DNA from: Lama guanicoe
Taxonomy: Eukaryota
DNA length: 64,000 nt
Direction of reading: 5' to 3'
NCBI GenBank assembly: GCA_013239625.1
Contig: MU054049.1
Coordinates: 1,491,892-1,555,891 of the forward strand
In this document: piece after piece, positions 12,697 to 24,626 of the stretch
How positions within the stretch are numbered: position 1 is the first letter of the stretch
Layout of the letters: each line of letters opens with the position of its first letter
Position numbers and translations under genes: made by a program
The notes under the pieces: generated by a model
Database searches by the model: none
Seen by the model: only the letters and a program-made list of their open reading frames with translations
Told to the model about the DNA's origin: nothing

Positions 12697-14267
12697 CTGC
12701 TGGGAGCAAACTGGATCAGCCTGAGTAGAGGGCCCCCCAGTCCTCACACTGACCCCCCTGCCGTGCACTCCTACTTGGAGGCAGCGACCTGTCCCCTCTA
12801 GACAGAGCCCTGTCTGTCCCAAAGCATCCTTCTCTGCTCCTGCAATTAAGTCTCCCTCTTTTCCACTCTTTTGTGATCTCTCTCTCCCAGTAACCTTTGA
12901 CTTTAAGCCCTACTATGCCTATTTCATAGGGTGAGTGGTGACCTTACTCCCCAACACAGCCACATCCACTTCACGTGGAATTCTGGACTCTGAGCCAGAA
13001 AGGGTCACTGACTTGAGATGGAGTCTTCACTGGCCCTCCAGCTCCCAGCTACACCTTTGTCCCAAGCATCTTCCTCTCATCCCTCCTACCTCTGATCCTT
13101 CAGCAGAAGCCTCTAGGTTTCCTTTTTTCTCACCTGTTATTTTATTTTCCCTTGTTTCTATAAACAACAAGGATTCAAGGCTAGGGAGGAGGGAGGAAAG
13201 AAATCACCAAGAGTTTTCCACAACGCTTTTCTCCTAGAACTTCAGGACACGAGGAGGTAAGAGGTTTAGAAATGAATATTAATTACCATCGGTCACAGCT
13301 CATCAGCACCATAGTGGATCTGTTATAGAGATGTCAATTAACAAAAAATCTGCACCAATAGCAACTTTCCTGAATTCCAAGCAGACTTAAAAAGGACCGC
13401 TCTCAAAGGGCATCCCACCCTCTGGCCAGGCTTATAAAAGACCCTCTGCTCCTTGAAAAGAAAGATTTCTTTTCCACAGTCCTCCCTTGCCACCTCCAAA
13501 GCTTCTATTAAGCCAGAACAGATTCTGGCCCCAAACGTACATTCAGATCATTTTCCAAATATGCGCCATTTACTTGACAGTCCACAATGGCTTCTTAGGA
13601 AAACAAATGAGCAAGCTCCCATTAGCCAGTGAAGGCTGTACCTGCCATGGGCTCTGGTAGCAGAATCACTGCGTGTTAGGCATTAGGAGCCACCAAGTCA
13701 CACTGCCCAGCCATCGTTTCTCAGAAGGACCTCGGTCCAAAGAAGCAAGGTCTTTTGGGCTTTTTAAAATTCTGTCTACTACAGGGAGTTCCTCCTATCT
13801 ATTTCCAGTGCCACATCCTTTGCCACAAGACCTCCACTCTCTGGGGAAGCCTTCTCCTTCTGTCGTCCTGTTCAAACTGCTTTCTTCCTCAAAACCCTAG
13901 TTACAAATATTTCTCTCCAGCCCACTGGAAACTTCAAAGAAACAGTCTCAGTATTTTTTTTTCAAAGCAGTCTTATTTCCATTTTTATGGACAAATTGTC
14001 TCCTTTTGAAACAAAGTTCTTGACGGGTGAGGATGAGATGCAATCTCTGAGGCTCTCCAATCACAACCAGCCTCACAGACGTATACCTGCCTGTCCCAAT
14101 TATTTCACAAAGTGTGCATATAATATCTTTAAACGAAACACTGCATGTCAAGCTGAATCCTGAAAAAGGCTGACAGTTCATCACATTAAGAAGAACAAAG
14201 ATGGACAACCTAACAGAAAAAAGGAAACTATGAGAACAGGCTTTTTACTTAAAAATAAATAGAATGG

Positions 14268-14430
14268 GGGGAGGGTATAGCTCAGTGGTAGAGCACATGC
14301 TTAGCATGCACAAGGTCCTGGGTTCAATTCCCAGTACCTCCATTAAAAAAATAAATAAATAAACCTAATTACCTCCCACCCCTCCAAAAAGAAAAAACTA
14401 AAATAAATAAATAAATAAATAAATAAATAA
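14268..14430 (+). mobile_element. tRNA-derived SINE (camelid Vic-1 type)
   Basis: 'ggggagggtatagctcagtggtagagc...gggttcaattcccagtacctcc' with A and B boxes, an (AAAT)n tail, and flanking aaataaat(ag/aa)aatgg repeats. Confidence 0.88.
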
Positions 14431-14494
14431 AATGGTTGATAATGCAACAACAATGTTGAACCTTGCAACAACAATGTTGAACCTTGCAACAGTT

Positions 14495-15130
14495 AAAGAA
14501 AATATTTTTGCAAAAAAAATGCATAATTATATCCAGTACAGATTAGAGTGTAATGAACTGTGCACACTACTCACCATTTGTAGGAGAGTGAATTGGTGCA
14601 GCCTTATTAGAGGGTAATTGGACAATATCCATCAAAAATTTAAGTGCACACACAGCTTTGTAATCTATGAATATACTTAGAAAGTGTGCCTAAATGGAGA
14701 GAGACTATTGTTCCTGGTAACATGGTAAGAGAAAAAAAAAAAACTGGAAACAACCAAAGTGCCCAAGCGTAGACACTTTCTGTACAACATATAATGGAAT
14801 ACTACACAACACAGCTGTTGAAAAGAAGCCGTAGCTCTGCCTATACTGACATGGAAGCATCACCAAAATGTGTATAATGAAGTGAAAAAGGCAAAGTTCT
14901 GAACGATGTGCTGTATAATCTCAGCACAAATAAGGTATAACTTACCAAGAAAAAAATACGTAAATGACAATATTCACAGGTAAAAGCAAGTTTTTCCTGT
15001 AGAAATCACAGGAAACCAGCAATATGGAGTATCTTTAGAAAAAGAGGTAGAGAAGGAAGATTTCACTTTTCAAGGGGTTCTGTTCTATTTGAATTTCCAA
15101 TGCAGGTGTATGTAGTACTTTTTAAATTTA
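14495..15130 (+). mobile_element. Degenerate L1M(E) 3' region
   Basis: 'ggagagtgaattggtgcagcc...actggaaacaaccaaagtgccc...aatggaatactacaca' matches decayed L1 ORF2 end and 3' UTR. Confidence 0.65.
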
Positions 15131-17006
15131 GTACTAGCAGAATTATCTGAGAAGCAAGATTATGAGCCATGCTTCGCTTTCTCTTGCGTGCCTCTCTAAA
15201 TAAAAAATAAAAATTAAAATGCTGATAGGCAATAATGAGATGTCATATTCCAAGGGTCTGTCCTTAGCCTTTCCATCTGCAGCTGGTCACCTCCTCCCCA
15301 GTGACATTAAACTAAAATACAACATCCCTTTTTGCAAAAACTGGCTTCGAAACACGTCTGTGAAGGAACAAAAAGGGTCTTAAAGACCCGTCTCCTTTTC
15401 TTCTGGTCACAGCAATCAGAATCGGCATTGGGATGTGGGATGTGCTCCAGGTGTGGGAAGGAAAGGTGAACTGAGACGAGAGCAGCAAGCACCTCAGTGT
15501 GCTGTGGCCATGACAAGCTGGCCAGGGCTCTCCCCAAGCGACTTCGGCCTCCCACCCTGCAGACAGAGCTTTCCCCTTCAGTCACCCAGGCAGCCCAACA
15601 CTGCTAAATGCCCAGATCTCAGCCTGAGGTTCAGAGAGGAGCAGATGCTCCCCCTCCAGTCCTATGGTACAGTGTCAGGGGATGCACTGCTCAGACCTTT
15701 ACATGATGCCCATCTGCATGAGTCCTTGGAGGTAAAAGCAGGTGAAATGGAGCCAAGTGTCTGGCCTTCCCTTCTTAGGAATGCTGACCGAGCTGGCAGG
15801 GCTTAAACACTGGTCCTCATTGGCCTCCTTTAGAAAATCTTACTGAACTCTTAAAAGCTTCCATGGGAAAACAAAACAAACTTTCTGAAATCCTGGTGTG
15901 CATTGGCCAGCTGAGGCCAGGCGCTGCTCAAGGTAACAGGGGCAAGGTGAAGGAGCATCCTCTGATTTCTCAGGTTCCCCAGTGTCTCACCACCTTTTGC
16001 CCTGCCCCATGCCTCCCTCAACTTCTTTGCCTCCAAAATTCTCCCACCACTCCCCACCAAAAAAAATCAAAGGAGTAGGTTTCCAAAGCCAAGTGCTGAT
16101 ATTGCTCCCAGTTATGTAAGTCCTAACAGCCCATGGCGGAGACTACTGGTCTGAGGAAAGCGCTGTTAAAGGGCCAGAGTGTGTTAAAGGGCATTTGCCT
16201 GATGGATAGTACAGCCCTCCTTGTGTGGAGGGCCCACCCTGCAGGATCCCCCAAGACCAGAGATCCAAGCTGTACCCTTCTCAACAACCTACCCCCACCT
16301 AACAATCCAGTGCAGAGACCATACCAAGGATCCTGAAACAAAATTTCGTCTAAGAAGTGGAGCCCCTCAAAGACCCAAACCCTGGCCACAGGCTGCCCCT
16401 GGGAGTGGGAAGTGGTTAGCATTTGGCGTCAGAAACCCAATGAGCCACAGAGGAGGGGCCATACCTGGGCACTTCTGGCAGTGGTGGGCAGGGCCACCGG
16501 CTCCTAAGGGCCACATTGGCCTGGAACAGAACTTGAGGACCTGGAGCAAGACGGCCTTGGGCCAGGAGTAAGAGCAGCCTGGCAATGGGTCCTTCCAAGC
16601 TCATGTCCAGTCAAAGACCATGCCGGCCAACTCCCTAGTCCACACTGGCTTATCGGGATGTTTGCAAAACGCCGTGAAAGATTGATGCGGCCCCCTGGGC
16701 AGGGGAGCCCCGATTAGAGGCGTGACACCAGCATCTGTGCTGGGAGGACCCCCGTCCCTGCAGCGCTCATAGCCCGGGGCACCCAGCCCAGGCGGGGAGG
16801 GAGGTGGGAAGCAGGTGGCGACGACAGGGAGGAAGGCCAGAGCGGGATGTGGGGAGGGGGCCAAGGGCGCCCCTACCCACGGCCAGGCGGCTGCGTCCCT
16901 CTCAGGGCAGGGACCCAACCACCCGTCAGACTCCGCTGCTGATCTGGCCCTTTCTGGCCGCCGCCGCCGGCCTTTTGGGTCACCTCCGGGCACGGCGCTT
17001 ACTCAC

Positions 17007-17040
17007 CCTCTAGCTGTGGCGGACAGTGGAAATAAAACAT
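17007..17040 (-). CDS. DRGX: DRGX first coding exon (34 coding nt): MFYFHCPPQLE(G); 5' UTR part probably extends to an acceptor at about 17122
   Basis: ATG at 17040-17038, GAG G|gtgagt donor, upstream ctttgcag| acceptor. The peptide is the DRGX N-terminus. Confidence 0.95.
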
Positions 17041-17539
17041 CTCCGACGGCCGGATGGGCTGGGCAGCCAGGACTCGGGAGGGTAACCGCGGGACCCACAA
17101 GGCGTGCGTAGATCTGGCCTGGCTGCAAAGCAAACAGCGGCAGAGCCTAAGTCTCCCTCAGCCTTGGCCCCGGACCGGCCCTGGAGCGCCCCGGGCGCTC
17201 CCTTCCTGGAAGATCCCCTCCCAAAGCCTTCAGCTCACTTTGGGGACCGGGTGGGAGGTGGCAGCGCCATCGCAAACCAGGGCCCCAGTGGGACAACACT
17301 TCGGTTCGGGTCTACCACCCTGACAGTCGTCCCCCAACCTCCGCCCCAACACCAAACCCACGCAGTCTGGTTCCCAGCTCTCAGGAGTCCCCGCCGCAAG
17401 CCCTGCACCCAGGCCACCGCAGCCGAGTCCGGCGAGCGCGCCAGGCGATCTCCGCGAAAGACAGCCCGGGCCGGGAAGGCAGCCCAGCCCCAAGGCCGGG
17501 CGCGCAGGGCTCGGTGTGTGGGTCCGGAGCCGCTTGTAC

Positions 17540-17695
17540 CTCGGCGGGCGGCGGGCGAGGAAGGCCGGAGCGTGACCGCCTCTGGTCCGCTCGCCCCGCT
17601 CGACTGGAAGCGGGCGGGGCTCCGCGCGGCTGGCGCCCGCAGGACCAGAAAAGTGACTCGGGAAGTAGCCAGATGTCTTGCTGTCTGTCTACAGC
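17540..17695 (-). other. DRGX: Probable non-coding exon 1 of DRGX
   Basis: Inferred from TATAAA about 25-30 nt upstream and a candidate donor GAG|gtacaa at 17540/17539. No transcript evidence available. Confidence 0.45.
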
Positions 17696-17719
17696 GCGCG
17701 CCGCCGCTCAGCACTCGCC

Positions 17720-17821
17720 TTTATAATCTCACGCATAATTGGCCTTAATCTGATTATTTCCAGCGCTGTCTACAGCGAGTAACTTGGATAGGTCTATTGG
17801 GCCTTACAAATGGCCCACGTG
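17720..17821 (-). promoter_or_regulatory. DRGX: DRGX core promoter: TATA box, CCAAT boxes, P3 homeodomain site, E-box
   Basis: TATAAA on the minus strand 17725-17720. CCAAT (minus) at 17738-17742 and 17796-17800. TAATCTGATTA 17746-17756. CACGTG 17816-17821. Confidence 0.75.
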
Positions 17822-18719
17822 GTGTAAAAAAAAAAATCCGTCATTTCTCAGCAAACATCAAGAATGTTTTTCTTCTTTTCTTTTAAAAAGAAAATTGAAT
17901 CAACCACCACTACCACCACCCGCCATAAAGCATTAATTTCTGAACACTCCACCCCACCCCCACCCTGAGTCCCCTCTGACTCAAACCTTTTTCGGTGAGA
18001 GCTTGGCTTTGGGCTCCCCTTGTCAGAGGCCTGGCGACTACCGGGCTGCAAATTGACAAAGCGCTGCTAATTGTCACCGCCGGATGGGTTTTGGGGGGAC
18101 TCTTTGCACACGGCTTCCCTTTCCAAGCGACCGTACAAAAGGAAAGTTTGATTTTGTTCTCAGCAAGGGGTCCCTGAATTTATGTTCGCTTCTCCGTGCA
18201 AATGATATGCGGTGGGACCCTTCGCAATTACTTTTAAAATGCATTCGAGGCAGACACTCAGCGGAGAGAGACCGCCCTTCCCTCTGCCTGGGTGAAAATT
18301 AAACTCTAAAGTACCGGGCTGAAATTTTCAAGTCAGGGGCGCAGGATTGGATCAAATCACATAAACTGCAAAAAAAAGCAAGTCTAATGGCGCATAATTG
18401 GTTCTGTAATAGCATTACACCAGGATAATAGCCCGTTACGGCCCCCTGCACTATTAAGTGCTTCCCTGGCGGAAAGCCTTTATGATATTAAAGGGGGAAT
18501 ATAATGATATTTTGGTTATTAAATGCGTGTAATTAATTTATGCACCACTGAAAATAAAGTTGGTATTATGACCCACTCAAGATGCATCAGAAGATGCAAG
18601 TCAGACAACTGTTGATAAGTTCTGGTGTCTGTGTTCCGTCTAGACTGCTGATTTTATTTTGGGACGATGGCTTCTTGGACAGACTGCACAAATTGAATAT
18701 TTTATAAACATTCTAATGC

Positions 18720-20340
18720 TGCGTTCGGGAGCCCGAACTAGTTCTGGCGAGGCGGTGGGTCGGGTCCCTGCATCGCCTGGGATCCAGCCTCGATCTTAAA
18801 GACTTAGTGAGTTGGAAACAAAAGATCTGGCGGGCCCACACGTGGACAGCTGCCCCGGACGAGACGCGTCGAGCTGGCGGGCAGAGTGCCGGGGCCCTGG
18901 CCCGCCCGTGGACATCCCTCCGAAAACCGCCAGGAAGAGGATGCAGCAACGCTCTGAAAGAGGCAGGTTGAGGCCCGGTGCACTTTAGCGGCCCCTCCTG
19001 GGCTCAGCCGGCCCCCGCGCGGAAAGTCGACCCTGCAACGCGGAGGAACCGCTAGAAACGCCGGCTCAGTTCAGAGCTGAGAGAGCCCGCGGAGCCAGCT
19101 CCGCCAGGGCCTCTGACTCTGCGAGTCCAGGCGGCCCGCCAGCGGGTAGCACGTCTGCAGGTCTGGGAGGCGGGTGCGGTAGCAGGTAGGGCAACTGAGA
19201 ACGCCGTTTCCACTTCATCCAGAAAGGGCTGCAGCCATGAGAACTGAGCCTAATTCAGCTCAAGCCGGGAAGCTCGGCGCGGTCTCTGTCTCTCTCCCTG
19301 TCTCCCTCAGAGCACCCCTACTCTCTTTTCCAGAGCCCGAGTCTCCCTTTCCACGCCTCGGTCTGCCAAAAGCCCCCTCAGACTCCCACCTGCCCTAGGC
19401 GGCAGCTTCCCGCCTGAGAGCCCTGCGCGTCCGGAGCCGAGTGCCTGTGGAGGGAGGGGAGCAAGATATCCGGTACGGGAACCCTCGGCACCAGGCGCCC
19501 AGCGCTGCGTTGGCCCCAGAAACCAAAGTTCCAAGCCCCAGTCTCAGCTCCCCATCCCTGACCTCCTCCGAAGCAGATTCAGCTTTCTATCGAGGCCCAG
19601 AGATGTCCTGGGTGCTGAACAGGCTTGTCCGGGGTCTGCGGGCCCCGCGCTTCCCCAGCCTCCCGGCCGGTCAGAACCCTGGACAGCGGCACCGGTTCCT
19701 CCCGCGCTTCGGAGGGAGAAGAGGCCAGTCCCAGGGGCCCCTCTGAGGCCCCGCGCTGCGCGGCAGCCGGACACGCGGCGGTTGGATGCGCCCCGCCGGA
19801 TCCGGTTGTTAGGGAACCTACTCCAATCCTCTCCCGACCCAAACCTGAGAAAGTTACTTGGGACGCGCACTCATTGCTCGCAGTAGGGCCCGATCTCTGG
19901 ACTCCACAGCCCCACGCGCATCTCCTGCCCCGCGGCTCCAGCCAGGAAACGTCCCGCGGCGGGTCGCCGCCTGGTCCTGGCCTTACCAGCGTCCCCGACG
20001 CAAGCCTGGCTGTCTCCCTTGTGGGACACATAGCCGATCTCCCGCAAAACACCCACCTCGCGCGACGCTTGGAGCCCGCTCGGGATCCTGGGCCTCGTCT
20101 GGCCCAAAATCCCTCTCCCGAAACCCCGAGGCCGGGCTCGTTCCTGTTGGCAAAACAAAGAATAAACCACCAAGCAAGCAACGGTAGAAAGGAAAGGCTA
20201 CAGCAAACTTCGATGACGCGGGCCCCTTCTTGTCTCCGATTGTCTCCGGTGGCACTCGGGGCGGGAGAGGTGACTAATATGTATTCGCTACCGTCCCCCT
20301 CCCCGCTAAAAACGGGCGTTAGTAACGAAAGGGTTATTTT
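18720..20340. promoter_or_regulatory. Second CpG island upstream of DRGX
   Basis: About 1.6 kb of CpG-dense sequence with no recognisable coding exon. Confidence 0.75.
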
Positions 20341-22434
20341 TCCTTAATTCCTGTGCTGTAAAACGTATTTTCCAATTAACCAAATTCACCGATCTGTCCC
20401 GCTTGGACCCTCGAATAATTTACAACCTAAAAGTGTACTTTCTTTATCTAAAGACCAAGGTGACTGCTTTTAATTTTCTCTAACCTCTTTACACTTGATG
20501 TTCACCAGACTCATAATGTTAATTGGCTTCATATACGGATCATCAGTTTAATGAAGAAATAAATCCTGTGTTGCTTTATGTTTTAACAGTGATTGCTTTA
20601 ATGAGGAATGTGACGTGTTCCAAAATCAAAGCTGCAGGAGATATTAGAGGGGGCTTCTATTAGGATGGAAATGCTTATTTAAAGTTAAAACCACGGGTCA
20701 TATTTCAACAGATTCTCACACTGCCGGCCCTCCCCACCCCCACCCGGGTCGCTCCCAGCCTCTGGAAGGAGACAATTCTGTGGTTGGTCCCCAACGTGCC
20801 TTCTCTCCGTACTTAATACACGGCAGCCACAGTCTCCATTCCCTCTAAGAATCATTTTCTGGTTACTAAACAGGCGTGCTACTTTACCTCCTGTCCAACA
20901 GAGCAGAGAGAAGCCGGGATGAAGTGGGAAGTTCAACTTTCAAGGTTGTTCACTTTAAAAAAAAAATAAATGCAAGAGGGAAGAGAGTAACACACACACT
21001 GAGATTTCGGTACAGATGTTGCAGAGTGGCTCCCCCAGCGCAGCGCATCCCTACCGCTGAAAATTCAAGCCTCCGCTCTTAAAGACAGGCAGCTCCAGCT
21101 TGGGCCGAGTGGGCTGCTGCTGACCCAGGCTCTGGCCCCTGAAAATGTCTGCAGGGGATGCGCTAGGCTCCCGTCTGGGTGATGGGAGCGTTCCATCTCT
21201 GTATCAATTAATAGGAGAGTAAATCTGCTTCCTCTAATGGGTGTTTGATTTTTTCTAATTTTAAGCTTGTTCTATGAAAGGAGAACTGTCATCTCAAAAA
21301 CACTGAGAACAGCAATAAAATGCTGAAAACTGGAGTAGCTATACCTGGAAGCCCTAAATTGTCTTTTAGTTGAATTATGAATTATTTTTTAATTGATTCC
21401 TGAAAAGAATCCCAAATCCTTAGAAAATGTAGGCAGTGGAGGCTCCGGGTCAGTGTTTCAGACGCCACACATGGCATTTATTTCTTACTATTTGCTCTGT
21501 TCTAGGAAAACAGATGAACATTTGGAGACACGACTGTCAACATCTTCTGAGCCCAAGCGCAGGAACATATGCTGGATTTAGCACCTCAGTTGTGCTCAGA
21601 AGAGATTTCCCAACTTCCCTTTTTGTATTTTCTTTAGCAGAAACAATTTTAGTAGACTTGGTTTAAAAACAAGTAGAGCAGATAAAATACTTCAATTTTC
21701 AGGGAGAAAAAAATACACACTAAATTCCTAATTATGTGTTTTAGAAGTGTCTGGGTGATTTACAATATTGTTTTGTTGTTAAATTCTTTTTAAAAGCCTC
21801 TCTGATGTGATCCCCAGTGGCTACACAGCTCTCCCAAGACAGAAGGTGACGCATACGCATGCTCAGTAAGGACCCCGCACATTCTCTACTTAGCGGCAAA
21901 TCATTGTCATTTTGTGGTTTTGGAAATTGCCAAGAAAGTTTGGGTTAGCGAAACACGATGGAATATGTGGGGGAAAAAATAGTACCTAATTGAAATTCCA
22001 GATGAACAAGGGACTATAAATGGAAAATATATATATACAACAAGGGATAGATATGTACTTTATTATCTTGGAAATTTCCTCTTGTTCATTAGTTTTACTG
22101 TCATGTAAAAGGAATAGCAGCTGCTTAAATACAAGCCAACTTCCAATAACTTCACCTGCAGTGACCACAGGGCAAAGTGTATTCCTGTGTGGTTCTCAGG
22201 GAATCTTTCCACTCAGCTCCAGTCTGCCTAATCCTCCCAAAGCAAGGAAGTAGTGAGGCAGGCCCACTGCCCAGAGTCTGCACCCACCTGTCTTCATTCA
22301 AGCAGGCTCCAGTCCTCATGAGCAAGGTAAGCTTGAGCAGGTCATGTACTGTTTCTGAACCTCCATGACTTTCTCCGTGAAACGGGGATAAAAACTCCTA
22401 CATCAAGTGCTGTTTGGAGCATTAAAAAACAGTG

Positions 22435-22682
22435 CTAGAGGATTTAGGGCAGTGAAAATACTCTGTGTGATACTACAGTGGTGGATACATGCCATGACAC
22501 TTCTGCTAAAACCCATAAAATGTACAACACCAAGAATGAACCCAAATGCAAACTACAGGCTCTCGGTGATTGTGACCCATGTGCCCATGTGGATTCATTG
22601 ACTAACATCTGATGGGGGAAGTTGATAATGAGGAGGCTGTACCTCAAAAACTGCTCTAAAAATAAAGTCTATTTTTTTAATT
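22435..22682 (+). mobile_element. L1MC-type 3' end fragment
   Basis: 'agggcagtgaaaatactctgtgtgatactac...aaaactgctctaaaaataaagtctat' is a typical L1MC1-like tail. Confidence 0.75.
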
Positions 22683-23074
22683 AAGGGGGGAGATGTGATG
22701 AAAACAATGCCCAACACACAACAACCACTCACTAGACACCAGCTCTAACTGTTCTACTGTCATTGTTATTATTGTCTTGCCACGACAGTGGCCCACTAGG
22801 GGGCCATATTCTTGGAGAGATGCTGCCCTGAGCTGCTTTGGATACTTACAGATGGCACCTGCCTCTTCTGGCTGTCTCCAAGATGAGTCCACCGTGGCCC
22901 AAATCAGCGCCACCGTGGGAAGAGCTCCTCTGTGGCTCCTCCTTCCGACTGCTTGGTCTACCATGCTATTTCCTTACATTTTTCCCTTCTTCGTGCTTCA
23001 TGGCTTGGTTTGTTGAATTTTACTCAGCACATACATATTTGACTAGAAAACCCAAACCAAGGGCCTTCTGACTG

Positions 23075-23241
23075 GATCAGAGGCATTTTATTTGGCCGAC
23101 AGAAAGTTTTTAGAAATTCAAATTGAGTGCCTTTAGACTGAGCATGTCAACTCTCCGTAGATCCCACTATTTCCTCCAAGTCACCTCTCACATTTGTATG
23201 ATCCACCTGGATCCTGCAGGCATCTGACTTTCCTACCCCTG
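23075..23241. mobile_element. MER102-like hAT DNA transposon fragment
   Basis: 'ttgagtgcctttagac...cctgcaggcatctgactttcctacccctg' resembles MER102 (from memory). Confidence 0.6.
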
Positions 23242-24590
23242 ACATAAATTCTGTGTGAGTCTATCATCATTTCCAGATTGATAACACCTTCTTATCGAAT
23301 GTTAGGATGTGTATTGCGGCAGACTAAGTCCACAGCCTTGAGTTTCAGAGTTTAACTCTGTCCAAATCAGAAAACACTCATCTAGCACTGACTCTCTCTG
23401 CCAGGTGCAGGGGATGCAGACCTGATCTCTAGGCTTCAGGAGCCAGTCCCTAGAGATTCTGGCTAGGAAAAGAGATGGTACCATCTGGTACCACACCAAG
23501 AGGCACGGGATTCATTGGGTCTTGCCTCCTCTACCCTGGAGACCTTTCTGGAAGAGCAACTCTCAGAATACAGCCCACTCCTAGCTGGGAGAGGGGCTCC
23601 CATGCTCATACATCTTTATGCAGCTTCAGATGGAGAAGCACCCCCTCTCCCCAGAGTCCATGGATCCAGTCTTCCCTATGTCCCCAGTATTCAAGTCATC
23701 ACACCAGAGTCCAAGCATCTGGACAGAGCTCACCCTCCTGCTTCCCAGTTCCAGCTGCAAGGCGACTCTCAGAGGGCTGGACCACAGTCTAGGATATATC
23801 CTATCGATGCACATACAGGATTCAATTTCTAAGATGCCACCATCTAGGACTACACTGATGGATTTACTGGAGTCACTGACTTGGAGCAAAATCATTTTAG
23901 AAACATTTAGTTGGTATAAGTCTAGCCGGCTATTATTAAAGATGTAATAATGAATTGCTAATAAGAAAATGAAATCAATCCAAGGAAATCTCAAATAGGA
24001 TCCAGCCAAAAATAGAAGAAAGATCTGTCTCCAAATCTAAATTATCTCACCAATGAACCTCTAGGATAAATAACTTTCAAGGTCAGCTCTTTGGTGCAAA
24101 ACAGTTCTCCATAAGAGTGAAAGAACAGAGTTGCAGAAGTTTAAGAGGAGGAGTGGGGAGATGACATCTTCAGGAGCTAGTTAACAACAGAAGCAGGACC
24201 AGAATCCATCTCCCATCCCCAAGCCCAGCGCTCTTTGCTGCGCCCTCTTTAATCAGACATGTTTCTCCTAAAACAAAACGCACAGTTAATTGCCCATGCT
24301 AAGTGCTCAAGAAATGTGCAGAATTTAATTGAAATGACTATTAAAGAACTGAAATAAGTTTGCTTCATGAATGATTAGTAAGCACAATGAAAGCCTTCTA
24401 ATTTCTAATAGCCTTGAATTATGTAAACATCTATGGTGGGAGGGGAGTAGGTTTTCAATCAGGCAGAGGAGGGGGTCAACTTTGGCTTTTTCTTAAAACC
24501 CCTTTTCCTTGTCTACCAAACAGGACTGACAATGCCTGCTTTTCAGGATCTGGTCAACCATCAGTACATCAGAACATCAGTACCTTATTT

Positions 24591-24625
<35 letters not shown>

Positions 24626-24626
24626 T
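24591..24626. repeat. Compound (TC)n(CA)n microsatellite
   Basis: Seen directly. Confidence 0.95.

Larger units (their letters stand above)
16600..17830. promoter_or_regulatory. DRGX: CpG island over the DRGX promoter and first exons
   Basis: Visibly dense CpG and GC content surrounding the ATG exon and the TATA box. Confidence 0.85.

Noticed and set aside
13300..13320. REST/RE1 site (tcagcacca)
   Set aside because: Only the left half-site is present. The GGACAG half is missing.
19579..20347. Overlapping 200-240 aa ORFs in the upstream CpG island (also 17104..17748)
   Set aside because: Pro/Arg/Gly/Ala-rich ORFs on both strands are expected from stop-codon scarcity in GC-rich DNA. No domain was recognised.
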